From NCBI GenBank assembly GCA_040377425.1, contig JBEIOU010000012.1, forward strand, positions 16,364 to 80,363: a DNA stretch of 64,000 nt. The letters run 5' to 3'. The notes below the pieces were generated by a model. That model did not search any database and was not told the origin of the DNA. It worked only from the letters and a program-made list of their open reading frames with translations. This stretch comes from Micavibrio sp. (GTDB lineage: Bacteria; Pseudomonadota; Alphaproteobacteria; Micavibrionales; UBA2020). A program made the translations under genes and the position numbers. Position 1 is the first letter of the stretch; each line of letters starts with the position of its first letter. Positions 1-13,087 of the stretch are shown here, piece by piece.

Positions 1-2
1 AC

Positions 3-107
3 ACGGGCAGCAATCAGCTGAAAAAGTGTAACAAAATCCTGTCGGAGCGTGCAACCAAGGCGCAGATGCCCTGTGAATCCCCGCTACCCTACGGCGATAA
101 TATCTAA
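3..107 (+). CDS. 3' end of an unidentified CDS truncated by the window edge
   Basis: Open frame from base 3 (TGSNQLKKCNKILSERATKAQMPCESPLPYGDNI) ending at TAA 105-107; no family recognisable. Confidence 0.35.
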   Translation, partial: TGSNQLKKCNKILSERATKAQMPCESPLPYGDNI

Positions 108-251
108 TACAGCCGATATCTTTCAGGCCATTGCGGCTTGACAGGCTATGCCCGTCATGGTCTTTTGACCCATCATCTTTTTTATTATTTATGAAAATAT
201 ACGCGTGCCGCGATATATCGCCGCCCGCCCATAACCTTAAAGGATATCCCC

Positions 252-1289
252 ATGAGCAACCCGCATCAGAACCCAGATGATATCAAGCCGAATGCCGCCA
301 ACAGCAACGATGCGCTAACGATTGCCCCCGCAACCGAACAGACCGAAGGCGCCGCCCCCGCCAAAAAAGGCCGCGGCAAAAAAGCGCTTAGTATCGCCTT
401 CAACATCGCAGCCGGTGCGGCAGCTGCGGCTGCGGCGAAATCGATCGTGGCTGTGCCCATGGCGATGATGTCAGCCCCTGCGGTGGCGACGCTGCTGGTA
501 TCGTCTTTTGCCGTTGGTGCGGCGATGACCGTCATGTGCCACGCGGGCCAGACATATAGCGCGAAGAAAAAAGGCATTGAAGGACCGAAATTCTGGACCA
601 AGCAAAACCGTAACACGTTTTTGAAATCCAGCGGCTTTGCGCTGATCGGTGGCGCACTGTTTATGGGCTTTGGCGACGTGGTCGATAAATTCTTTGGCCC
701 CACGCCCGATGCGACACCGACGCCGGAAGTAAAACCGGAGCCGACCCCTATGATCGCCACGCCAGAGCCAGCGGCTGACCCTGTGATCGCCCCGCCCGTG
801 ATCACGCCGGAGCCTGCAATCGAAACCGTCATCGCCGCCCCCGTCGTCGTTCCCTGCCCGACGCCGATGGAATCTTTTACATCTTTGATTGACGGCCACA
901 ACGTGTCTGACCGCGTGACGGATGCGATTGCCCGCACCGGATCCGACAATGCCCGCGTGGCGGCACAGGGCGCCAAGGACCTCGCGTTCTTTGCGTTCAA
1001 CGGTTTTGATGGCGTGCCCAAAGATGCCACGGTCGCTGCCGGATTATTCCAGCAAGCCGCGGAAGCAGGCAACGTACAGGCAAAAATCGACCTGCTTTAC
1101 ATGCAATATCATGGCGTCGGTGGCGTGACCGCCAACCCGGCCGCAGCCCTGTCCGCCATGAACGATATCGCCACCCCGCGTGCAGAATTGTTTGTGCAGC
1201 AATGGGGCGGCGCGGATAAAATCACCGAACGTGTCGCATTTGATGCCAAAGCGATTTTGTCGGGCGTCAAGCTCTGCCCCACGCCGTAA
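252..1289 (+). CDS. Membrane-anchored hypothetical protein with Pro-rich linker and C-terminal SEL1-like repeats
   Basis: AAGGA RBS; about 3 hydrophobic helices; PTPEVKPEP linker; QQAAEAGNVQAKIDLLYMQYHGVGG resembles a SEL1 repeat. Confidence 0.75.
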   Translation: MSNPHQNPDDIKPNAANSNDALTIAPATEQTEGAAPAKKGRGKKALSIAFNIAAGAAAAAAAKSIVAVPMAMMSAPAVATLLVSSFAVGAAMTVMCHAGQTYSAKKKGIEGPKFWTKQNRNTFLKSSGFALIGGALFMGFGDVVDKFFGPTPDATPTPEVKPEPTPMIATPEPAADPVIAPPVITPEPAIETVIAAPVVVPCPTPMESFTSLIDGHNVSDRVTDAIARTGSDNARVAAQGAKDLAFFAFNGFDGVPKDATVAAGLFQQAAEAGNVQAKIDLLYMQYHGVGGVTANPAAALSAMNDIATPRAELFVQQWGGADKITERVAFDAKAILSGVKLCPTP

Positions 1290-1307
1290 GATTTTCGGCA
1301 TACCCAC

Positions 1308-1342
1308 AAAAAAGCCGGTCTGCGATGACCGGCTTTTTTTTT
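1308..1342. terminator. Bidirectional intrinsic terminator
   Basis: AAAAAAGCCGGTC-tgcgat-GACCGGCTTTTTTTT between convergent genes. Confidence 0.85.
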
Positions 1343-1691
1343 AGAATATCTTCCCTTCAAACGGGTTTTTGCCTTCGGCATCTTCAACCTCGATCACCCA
1401 CACGTCGGGGTCGCGGGCGATGGCGCGTTTGATGTATTCATCAGCGCGGCGTTCTTCGACAGGCGCATCATCGAATATCTGCATCCAGCCCATATTACCA
1501 TCCATGTCGCGCGTCTGGTTGAGCAGCAAGCACCCCGCCCCGCGCATCACGATTTTGACCATGACGGTGCCGGATGCATAGGCGCCTTTGTTGACGACAT
1601 AGACGGGAATGGCTGCGGTGATACAGCGGCGCACATGTGCATCCACCCACAATCCGGCAGGCAGGCGGTCATCTTCGCTAGGGGCTGTCAT
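1341..1691 (-). CDS. DUF1491 family protein
   Basis: RL..GLWVDAHVRR...VVNKG...GTV and RDPDVWVIEVED motifs. Confidence 0.85.
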   Translation of the reverse strand: MTAPSEDDRLPAGLWVDAHVRRCITAAIPVYVVNKGAYASGTVMVKIVMRGAGCLLLNQTRDMDGNMGWMQIFDDAPVEERRADEYIKRAIARDPDVWVIEVEDAEGKNPFEGKIF

Positions 1692-1699
1692 GGGGATTA

Positions 1700-2104
1700 T
1701 TATTTCTTTAGTTTGTGGCCGAACATTTCAAAGGTGTGATCCACCATTTGATAGCCAAGATCGGTCGCAATCTTGTTAATCAGCGCGACCAGTTCTTCGC
1801 TCTGAAATTCGACCACCTGTCCGGTTTCGGTATCGACCAGATGATAGTGATGGCCATGGTCGACTTCGAAACGGGCGGAGCTGTCTTTGAAATCGTGTTT
1901 CAGCACCAAGCCAAGCTCGTTGAGCAGGCCGAGGGTACGGTAAACCGTCGCGATACTGATCGAGCTGTCGACCTGACGCGCGCGTTCGCACAGGGTTTCC
2001 ACCGAAGGGTGATCTTCGGACTCTTCCAGCACTTTCAGGATCACCTTGCGTTGATCAGTGATCTTGAGGCCAGCTTCGGTACATTTTTGCAATAACATCG
2101 ACAT
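1700..2104 (-). CDS. fur: Fur family transcriptional regulator (Fur/Mur type)
   Basis: GLKITDQR, DHPSVE, ISIATVYRTL, HHYHLVD, DHTFEMFG; start set at ATG 2104 (MSMLLQK). Confidence 0.88.
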   Translation of the reverse strand: MSMLLQKCTEAGLKITDQRKVILKVLEESEDHPSVETLCERARQVDSSISIATVYRTLGLLNELGLVLKHDFKDSSARFEVDHGHHYHLVDTETGQVVEFQSEELVALINKIATDLGYQMVDHTFEMFGHKLKK

Positions 2105-2167
2105 GCTTATTTTATAACCGAAACAGTCCCGTTTGGCCATACCCCATTTGCGGGTTTTTCCCTTTTA

Positions 2168-3706
<1,539 letters not shown>

Positions 3707-3894
3707 GAAACGCCGGACAGCAGTGGAAGACACGAAACACCTACCTTGTTGGTAGCATGTAAATAACAAAAAACTGGTTAACAAAACCTTGCTGCCGCGG
3801 GGTTAAAAACATGATTTTTCCAAGAAAAAGCAAATACTTAAACAGCCGCGCAAGAATTCGGCGGCCAAATAATTTTTAAATTCACATAATAAAT

Positions 3895-3923
3895 TTGACC
3901 GAGGTACAATAATACCCTATAAA
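3895..3923 (+). promoter_or_regulatory. Sigma70-type promoter for the small ORF
   Basis: TTGACC-N17-TATAAA preceded by an AT-rich UP-like tract. Confidence 0.65.
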
Positions 3924-3974
3924 GATGGGGCGAATGGTTCGCATATGCACTCACTGAAAAACAGGAGCGACTAC

Positions 3975-4166
3975 ATGAGTACCTATCCTTTTGACCGCCA
4001 GTTTCAACAGCGTCTCGAGCTGATCTTCAAAAAAGCGGAATTCGACCGCATGCAAGACCAGCGCCGCCAGAAAGCCGCACAGGCAGGCACCGAGGCCCCG
4101 AAGAACGAAGATGGCCACTGCCCCCAAAAACCTGCCGCCGCAGCCCCCGCGCCCAAACCGCGCTGA
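3975..4166 (+). CDS. Small hypothetical protein (63 aa) with Pro/Ala/Lys tail
   Basis: AGGAG RBS at 3963-3967, upstream promoter, host-like codon usage, hairpin CTCCGCC/GGCGGAG just after the stop. Confidence 0.7.
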   Translation: MSTYPFDRQFQQRLELIFKKAEFDRMQDQRRQKAAQAGTEAPKNEDGHCPQKPAAAAPAPKPR

Positions 4167-4267
4167 GACTGCCCTGCTCCGCCCTTCACGGGCGGAGAAT
4201 TGACAGACCCTACGGACAACGCCCGTACGGTCGTGCCAATAAAAAGACTATAAAAACCAGAATGCTT

Positions 4268-4307
4268 AACCGCCCCACGGCTAAAATCGTACGGGCGGTT
4301 TTGTTTT
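4268..4307 (+). terminator. Putative intrinsic terminator between convergent genes
   Basis: AACCGCCC...GGGCGGTT followed by TTGTTTT. Confidence 0.5.
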
Positions 4308-4337
4308 GTATGGGGGAGTGCAGGATAGCGGAAACGG

Positions 4338-5276
4338 TTAGCCCTGTTCTTTGCCGCGTTCGCGGGCGAATTGCGCCAGCGCCGACATTTCGCGGTATTC
4401 GGAGATACGATTGCCCCCCGCCCGTTTGGATTCCGCCAGTGCGGTTTTCGCATAACTGACGCTGACTTCCGGCTTTTCACGCTGGATCGCTTCGGCGATG
4501 CCGAACGATGCGGTGACTTTCAGTTTCTCGCCCGTTTGCATGAAAACGGGGTTACTTTCGATTTCGGCGCGCAGACGGTCCATAACCGAACAGGCATCCA
4601 TGAAATCGACGTGTTTCAGCACCAGAATATATTCACCCTTGCCCAGATAATACGCATCGTCGAACGAGCGTACGGTGCGGGCAACCACCTGCGCCACCGA
4701 TGCGTAAATCAAATCCATGCCGCGGCGGTCGTATTTGGCCTGCAGGGCCTCCAGACCGTCAATCTCGATATTCGCGATGCTGAACGATGTGCCTTTACGG
4801 TCGAAACGGTCTTGTTCGCGTTTGATGTCGTTGCGCATACCGGCCACAGTGCGCAGCCCTGTCACAGGGTCAACCGCGGTCGAGCTATCGGCCAGATCCT
4901 GCTGCAAACGGCGGATGTGGTTAATGAAACTGTCGCATTCGTTTTCAAGACTGTCATACAGCGCCAATGTGGGCGCGGCCCCGCCCGCGCAGTGATCCAG
5001 CATCACGCGCGCGGCTTTGCACATTTCGTTATGCACATGCATCAGACGCTCAACGACAGCGCGGTCAACCGTATTGCGGTCGGCTTCGCGTTTGCACCAG
5101 ATCAGCATGGCCGACGGCGCGGTCGCGTCAGCAGGACGTGTTTGCGAACCGGGAAAGAATGACTGGCGGATGATTTCGTTGCGCCAATCGAGGATCGTTT
5201 CAATTTCTGAAACGATCATGTCCGTTGAAATAACCTGGGCGTAGGAAACAGCCACGTGAAAAACCCTTAAAACCAC
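4338..5276 (-). CDS. DgcZ-like CZB-GGDEF protein with degenerate active site (start uncertain)
   Basis: DPVTGL, RSFD I-site, GKGEY in place of GGDEF, VTASFGIA, AKTALAESKRAGGNRI; helical N-terminal CZB-like domain. Confidence 0.8.
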   Translation of the reverse strand: MVLRVFHVAVSYAQVISTDMIVSEIETILDWRNEIIRQSFFPGSQTRPADATAPSAMLIWCKREADRNTVDRAVVERLMHVHNEMCKAARVMLDHCAGGAAPTLALYDSLENECDSFINHIRRLQQDLADSSTAVDPVTGLRTVAGMRNDIKREQDRFDRKGTSFSIANIEIDGLEALQAKYDRRGMDLIYASVAQVVARTVRSFDDAYYLGKGEYILVLKHVDFMDACSVMDRLRAEIESNPVFMQTGEKLKVTASFGIAEAIQREKPEVSVSYAKTALAESKRAGGNRISEYREMSALAQFARERGKEQG

Positions 5277-5392
5277 GGAAGATTATAGAAAAACGTAAAG
5301 ATCTTCCTTCTTTAAAATAATCTTACTTTATTAAGATATCGTAAGCGCGGCATTTGTACAGGGGAAACGGGGCAGAAAAAGACGGGTGGATT

Positions 5393-6559
5393 TTAAATCA
5401 CCCACTCCTTTTGGACCTGATCCAGCGTATTCGTGGCAATCGCGCCACGCACCGCCCGCATCAGGCGGTTCATGGTGGCCACGTTATGGATGGACAGCAG
5501 CATCATGCCCAGCGACTCGCCGGTACGGAACAGGTGGTGGATGTATCCGCGGCTGTGATGCGTACAGGTATGGCAATCGCAGGTGCTGTCCACGGGGTCT
5601 TGATCTTTCATGTACTGCGCGTTGCGCAGGTTCATGCGCTCTTTGGGTGCGCCCTTCACCATGGCCCAGCCGTGGCGGGCGATACGCGTCGGCGACACAC
5701 AATCGAATGTATCCATGCCGCTGCGCACATTGGTGAACACGTCGATAAAACTACCGATACCCAGCAGGTGCACAGGGCGGTCAGGATGGATATGCGGGCT
5801 GCACATCGCAACCACATCGTACATCTGCTGCTTGTCACTGCCGAGCGAGCCGCCGATGGCGGTCGCAAAAAAATCACGGTCGCGCGTCCATTCACAGGAA
5901 ATCTTGCGCAGGTCTTCGTATACGCCGCCCTGTACGATACCGTACATGCGCTGCTTGCCATCGTCCTGACGTTTCCATTCTGCGAGCGAACGGTCGCCCC
6001 AACGCATGCTCATCTCCATCGATTTCGCGGTATAATCGCGGTCGACGTGGAACGGCGTGCATTCATCCAGCTGCACGATCAAATCCGCGCCCAGTTTGCG
6101 CTGAATATCGATCGAGCCTTCGGGCGTCAGGAAAAACTTTTTCCCATCCAGATACGACTGGAACGCCGCCCCCTCTTCCGAGATTTTCAAAATGGTTTTC
6201 TTGCGGTGACGCTGGCCACGGCCTTTGATTTCATCGGCGACAGAACCATAACCGAGCGAGAAAATCTGGAACCCCCCGCTGTCCGTAAACATCGGGCCAT
6301 CCCAGCCCATGAATTTATGCAGACCGCCCATTTCGGCAATCAGATCCGGCCCCGGTGACAGCATCAGGTGATAGGTGTTCGACAAGATGATGTCGGATTT
6401 CGCATCGCGCATCTGCTGCGGCGACAACCCCTTCACCGAAGCCTTGGTGCCGCAGAAAATAAAATTCGGCGTTTCGATCGTGCCATGCGGCGTGGTCAAA
6501 CGGCCAAGGCGCGCGTAAGAATTCGGGTCGCGGTGGGTGATGTCGAAGGCGAAGGTCAT
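5393..6559 (-). CDS. tgt: tRNA-guanine(34) transglycosylase
   Basis: ARLGRLTTPHG, NTYHL, TDSGGFQIFSL, IVQGG, DTFDCVSPTR, Zn motif CDCHTC...H. Confidence 0.95.
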   Translation of the reverse strand: MTFAFDITHRDPNSYARLGRLTTPHGTIETPNFIFCGTKASVKGLSPQQMRDAKSDIILSNTYHLMLSPGPDLIAEMGGLHKFMGWDGPMFTDSGGFQIFSLGYGSVADEIKGRGQRHRKKTILKISEEGAAFQSYLDGKKFFLTPEGSIDIQRKLGADLIVQLDECTPFHVDRDYTAKSMEMSMRWGDRSLAEWKRQDDGKQRMYGIVQGGVYEDLRKISCEWTRDRDFFATAIGGSLGSDKQQMYDVVAMCSPHIHPDRPVHLLGIGSFIDVFTNVRSGMDTFDCVSPTRIARHGWAMVKGAPKERMNLRNAQYMKDQDPVDSTCDCHTCTHHSRGYIHHLFRTGESLGMMLLSIHNVATMNRLMRAVRGAIATNTLDQVQKEWVI

Positions 6560-6599
6560 GATGGGGATACGTCACAGGAAAAATGGAAATTTCGGCAAC

Positions 6600-6635
6600 A
6601 AAAAAGGCGGGAGATAAAACTCCCGCCCTTTTTTT
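6600..6635. terminator. Intrinsic terminator after rpmB
   Basis: AAAAAAGGCGGGAG-ataaaa-CTCCCGCCCTTTTTTT. Confidence 0.8.
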
Positions 6636-6649
6636 AATCTTCAGCCAAA

Positions 6650-6997
6650 TCAGGCGGCTTTCGCAGCGGCCTTTTTCGTCAGGTTGCGGCGCGGCTTCGG
6701 CTCGGGCTTCGGCAGCTCGCCAACTTTTGCAACTATTGCTTTGCGAACTTTGCGCAGTTCAGCCGGCAGCTTGGTCGGTGCGGTGGACAGCAGGTAGGTA
6801 TCAATGCCACCTTTGTGTTCAACCGTACGGATACCGTGCGTCGATGTTTTGATCTTGACGTTTTTCGCCAGCGCAACGCTGTAGAAGGAAGCGTCCTGCA
6901 GGTTGGGCAGGAAACGGCGCTTGGTTTTGTTGTTCGCGTGGGACACGTTATTGCCGACCATCGGCCCTTTGCCCGTGATTTCGCAACGTCTGGTCAT
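6650..6997 (-). CDS. rpmB: 50S ribosomal protein L28 with C-terminal extension
   Basis: MTRRCEITGKGPMVGNNVSHANNKTKRRFLPNLQ. Confidence 0.97.
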   Translation of the reverse strand: MTRRCEITGKGPMVGNNVSHANNKTKRRFLPNLQDASFYSVALAKNVKIKTSTHGIRTVEHKGGIDTYLLSTAPTKLPAELRKVRKAIVAKVGELPKPEPKPRRNLTKKAAAKAA

Positions 6998-7079
6998 GGT
7001 ATTTATCCTTGTTTCGCTTTATATATGTCCCCACAGACATAGCTATGCCGTGCGGACGAGAATCTTTACAGACGCGAAA

Positions 7080-7108
7080 GATATGTTAAGCACGCCCCCT
7101 CCGTCAAG
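7080..7108 (-). promoter_or_regulatory. Putative rpmB promoter
   Basis: Minus strand CTTGAC-N17-CATATC, matching the alphaproteobacterial sigma70 consensus. Confidence 0.6.
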
Positions 7109-7242
7109 ATTTTTAAGGCGGGAATTGGCCAAAATCGCGCTTATTTAATTTCCGTAATTAATTAAACATCCCTTTTTGACCTTTTGGCGTCAAAAAGTTA
7201 TAACAAAGCATCCCACATCCCATAGGAGCCGCGTAAAGCGCC

Positions 7243-8676
7243 ATGCATTTCCTCGACAAAAAATCTGCCAAAAGCACCCCCATCACCCCCGTCAGCGCCG
7301 ATAGCCTGAAAGACTGGCTGAAAGGGCAGGATGACAAAACCCGCAACTGGGTCGCCGCCAGCGGCTTCAAGGGCAGCGAAGGCGCCCTGCTTTCTATTCC
7401 CGATGACAAGGGCGGGATTGCCCGTGTGATCTATGGCGTTGGTAACGACGACAGTCTTTATACTTATGCCGATCTGCCGGCCAAGCTGCCCGCCAACAGC
7501 GCCGGTTATTACATCGACGCCAAGATGACCGATGACCGCGCCACACAGGCTGCGCTCGGCTGGGCGCTCGGTACGTATCAGTTCACGGCATATCGCCCGT
7601 CGAAAACGCGTGAGATGGCGTCCCTCGTCTGGCCGCAAAACGCCGATCGCAAGGCGGTCAAGGCAACGGCGGAGGCGACCTTTCTGGTGCGCGATCTGGT
7701 CAACCTGCCCGCCAATGACCTTGGTCCCGAAGAGCTGGCCGATGCCAGCAAGAAAACCGCCAAGGCATTTAACAAGGCCAGCGTGAAAGTCATCGTGGGC
7801 GAACAGCTGATAAAACAAAACTATCCCGCCATCCATGAAGTCGGCAAAGGCTCCCCGCGGGAGCCGCGCCTGATCGACATCCGCTGGGGCAACGAAAAAC
7901 ACCCGCTGATCACGCTGATCGGCAAAGGCGTCGTGTTCGATACCGGCGGCCTTGATATCAAGCCATCAAGCGCGATGGGCCTGATGAAAAAAGACATGGG
8001 CGGCGCCGCGCACGTGCTGGGCCTTGCCCACATGATCATGTCCGAAAACCTGCCTGTGCGTTTGCGCGTGCTGATTCCGGCGGTTGAAAACTCGGTCGAT
8101 GGTCATAGCTTCCGCCCCGGTGACATCATCAAAACGCGCAAAGGTATCAGCGTTGAAATCGACAACACCGACGCCGAAGGCCGTCTGGTGCTGTGCGATG
8201 CCATCGCCGAAGCCTGCCGCGAAAAGCCGGATCTGATGATCGACTTCGCCACGCTGACCGGTGCGGCGCGTGTCGCCCTCGGCCCCGATATTCCGGCGAT
8301 GTTCTCGAACAACGATGACATGGCGAATGCACTATTGAAATCCGCCAGCAAAGTACAAGACCCGCTGTGGCGTTTGCCGCTGTGGAAGCCGTACATGGAC
8401 ATGCTGGGCAGCAAAGCCGCCGACATGAAAAACTCCGGATCCAGCGGCCACGCGGGCGCCATTACCGCCGCGCTGTTCCTTGAAAAATTCGTCGATAAAG
8501 ACGTGCCGTGGGTACATATCGACACGTTTGCATGGAACCCGGGCAACCGCCCCGGCCGCCCCGAAGGCGGCGAGGCGCTGGGTATGCGCGCAAGCTATGA
8601 TCTGATCAAAGAAAAATTCGGCAAAGCGCCAGCCAAGAAAGCGGGCCCCAAAACGCCGAAAGCACCCCGCCGATGA
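7243..8676 (+). CDS. M17 leucyl aminopeptidase family protein (PepB-like)
   Basis: GKGVVFDTGGLDIKP, MKKDMGGAA, NTDAEGRL, ATLTGA, WVHID; AGGAG RBS. Confidence 0.93.
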   Translation: MHFLDKKSAKSTPITPVSADSLKDWLKGQDDKTRNWVAASGFKGSEGALLSIPDDKGGIARVIYGVGNDDSLYTYADLPAKLPANSAGYYIDAKMTDDRATQAALGWALGTYQFTAYRPSKTREMASLVWPQNADRKAVKATAEATFLVRDLVNLPANDLGPEELADASKKTAKAFNKASVKVIVGEQLIKQNYPAIHEVGKGSPREPRLIDIRWGNEKHPLITLIGKGVVFDTGGLDIKPSSAMGLMKKDMGGAAHVLGLAHMIMSENLPVRLRVLIPAVENSVDGHSFRPGDIIKTRKGISVEIDNTDAEGRLVLCDAIAEACREKPDLMIDFATLTGAARVALGPDIPAMFSNNDDMANALLKSASKVQDPLWRLPLWKPYMDMLGSKAADMKNSGSSGHAGAITAALFLEKFVDKDVPWVHIDTFAWNPGNRPGRPEGGEALGMRASYDLIKEKFGKAPAKKAGPKTPKAPRR

Positions 8677-9419
8677 CGGGTGCACGCTGGAAAGTCATCA
8701 CGCCCACCGCGGACGTGCGGGAAAAGCCCGACCCCGAAGCGCTGCGCGGCAAGCTGGAATCGCAGCTGCTGTTCGGCGAGATTTTTGTCGCCGAAGAGGA
8801 AACCGCAGACTGGCTGAAAGGGTATTGCGAACATGACGGGTACAAAGGCTACGTCGAGAAAAAATGTCTGACGCAGGAATTTGCCGAAGCCACACATATC
8901 GTGACCACGCAGCGCACAGACGTTTACCGCGATGACAGCATCAAATCGCCCATTCGCCAGACACTCGGCTTCGGCGCGCGCGTGACGGTGACAAGCACAG
9001 GCGATAAATTCGCGGTGCTGGATGACGGCACACATATTTATGCCAGCCATCTGTCCCCCCTCTCCGCCCGCGAAGATTTCGTGGCGGCGGCAGAGAAGCT
9101 GACCGATACGCCCTATGTCTGGGGCGGCCGCGGCGGGCTTGGCATCGATTGCTCCGGCCTTGTGCAAATCTCCCTCGCCCGCGCAGGCATCGATGCCCCG
9201 CGCGATACGGGCGATCAGGAAAAAGTGGTTGGACAGGATGCCACCAATAAACCGCGCCAGCGCGGCGATATCGTCTACTTCCCCGGCCATGTCGGCATCA
9301 TGGTCGATGAAACCAATATCCTGCACGCCAACGCCACGCACATGAAAACCTGCGTGGAGCCGCTGGATGTTGTGACCAAGCGTTCAGACGGTATCGTCAC
9401 GGCCATCCGCCGGATTTAA
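8673..9419 (+). CDS. NlpC/P60 (C40) peptidoglycan peptidase with N-terminal SH3-like domains
   Basis: TPYVWGG, GIDCSGLVQ, GHVGI, LHAN catalytic Cys-His-His; ATGA overlap with the M17 gene. Confidence 0.92.
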   Translation: MTGARWKVITPTADVREKPDPEALRGKLESQLLFGEIFVAEEETADWLKGYCEHDGYKGYVEKKCLTQEFAEATHIVTTQRTDVYRDDSIKSPIRQTLGFGARVTVTSTGDKFAVLDDGTHIYASHLSPLSAREDFVAAAEKLTDTPYVWGGRGGLGIDCSGLVQISLARAGIDAPRDTGDQEKVVGQDATNKPRQRGDIVYFPGHVGIMVDETNILHANATHMKTCVEPLDVVTKRSDGIVTAIRRI

Positions 9420-9431
9420 CAAACGCCCAAT

Positions 9432-9465
9432 AAAAAACACCGGCCTGTAACAGCCGGTGTTTTTT
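9432..9465. terminator. Bidirectional intrinsic terminator
   Basis: AAAAAACACCGGC-ctgtaaca-GCCGGTGTTTTTT. Confidence 0.85.
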
Positions 9466-9478
9466 GTTTACGCAGGCC

Positions 9479-12103
<2,625 letters not shown>

Positions 12104-12196
12104 CTGTGGCACTCCTTGATCGTATGTGACAAGGCCCTGAATAGGCACCTTTGATTATTATACGCCTGCCGCCCGCTTATAGACTTAAAAAATATC

Positions 12197-12234
12197 AAAA
12201 AAACAAAGGGGCGTTTTTGGAAAACGCCCCTTTG
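12197..12234 (-). terminator. Intrinsic terminator after the DUF4167 gene
   Basis: 14-bp inverted repeat CAAAGGGGCGTTTT/AAAACGCCCCTTTG with a T-run on the minus strand. Confidence 0.75.
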
Positions 12235-12263
12235 CCGTATATTTATGTATTACGAGCGGAAAA

Positions 12264-12890
12264 TCAGACCGCTTCGCTTTCCTTTACGCGGGGGGCGGCG
12301 CGGCGGCGCACCACCGGCTGTGCCGGCGCGTCTTCCGTATCCCCCAGAACTTCGACGGCGTCATCCGCGGCAGAGATATTCAGGTTGCCGTTGATTTCAC
12401 CATCCGCAGCCTGCTGGATAGGGACGCTGCGGCGACCGACCAGAAAGCCCTGATCGAGGTCTTCCAGCGGCACTTGCGGTTGTTCGCCCGCACCCGCAAT
12501 TTCGTCATCCATATCGTCGTCTTGCGACTGATGACCACGGTGGCCTAGGTTCTGCTGCTGGAACTGTGCCTGATGGCGGTTATATTCTTCGTTCGCCTCG
12601 TTCAGCATGCGTTGATAGTGTTCGGCGTGCTGCAAATAGCTTTCAGCCAGTACGCGGTCGCCTGCGCCCTGCGCATCACGCGCCAGCGTCAGGTATTTTT
12701 CAGCGATCTGCATGGCGTTGCCACGAATGCGCACATCGGGGCCGTTGCTGTCGAATGTCTGAACGCGCGGATTGATGCGGCGATGGCCGCCGGCGTTGTT
12801 GCTGTGGTGATGGTGGTTCTGACCGCCGCCGTTACCGCCATTATTGTTGTTACGGCCGCGAAAACGTCTTCCGTTTTGATTATGTCTCAT
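12264..12890 (-). CDS. DUF4167 domain protein
   Basis: FDSNGPDVRIRGNAMQIAEKYLTLARDAQGAGDRVLAESYLQHAEHYQR; conserved position between prmC and clpB; start ATG 12890. Confidence 0.9.
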   Translation of the reverse strand: MRHNQNGRRFRGRNNNNGGNGGGQNHHHHSNNAGGHRRINPRVQTFDSNGPDVRIRGNAMQIAEKYLTLARDAQGAGDRVLAESYLQHAEHYQRMLNEANEEYNRHQAQFQQQNLGHRGHQSQDDDMDDEIAGAGEQPQVPLEDLDQGFLVGRRSVPIQQAADGEINGNLNISAADDAVEVLGDTEDAPAQPVVRRRAAPRVKESEAV

Positions 12891-13087
12891 ATAACCCACT
12901 TCACTTTGATACGTCGCCCCGTTTCCCCTTGTTCCCGGCACATGGCACGCAGGAACCCCCAAGTTCGATGCCCTTTCTGCAAGCGGGACGCTATTTATCG
13001 CAGAAGGCACAAGTTCATGTTACTCAAGCCCGAATCGCTTGAAAAGCTGTTTTTTCGCAAAATGTTGATTTGAATGCTTTTTTCTGA

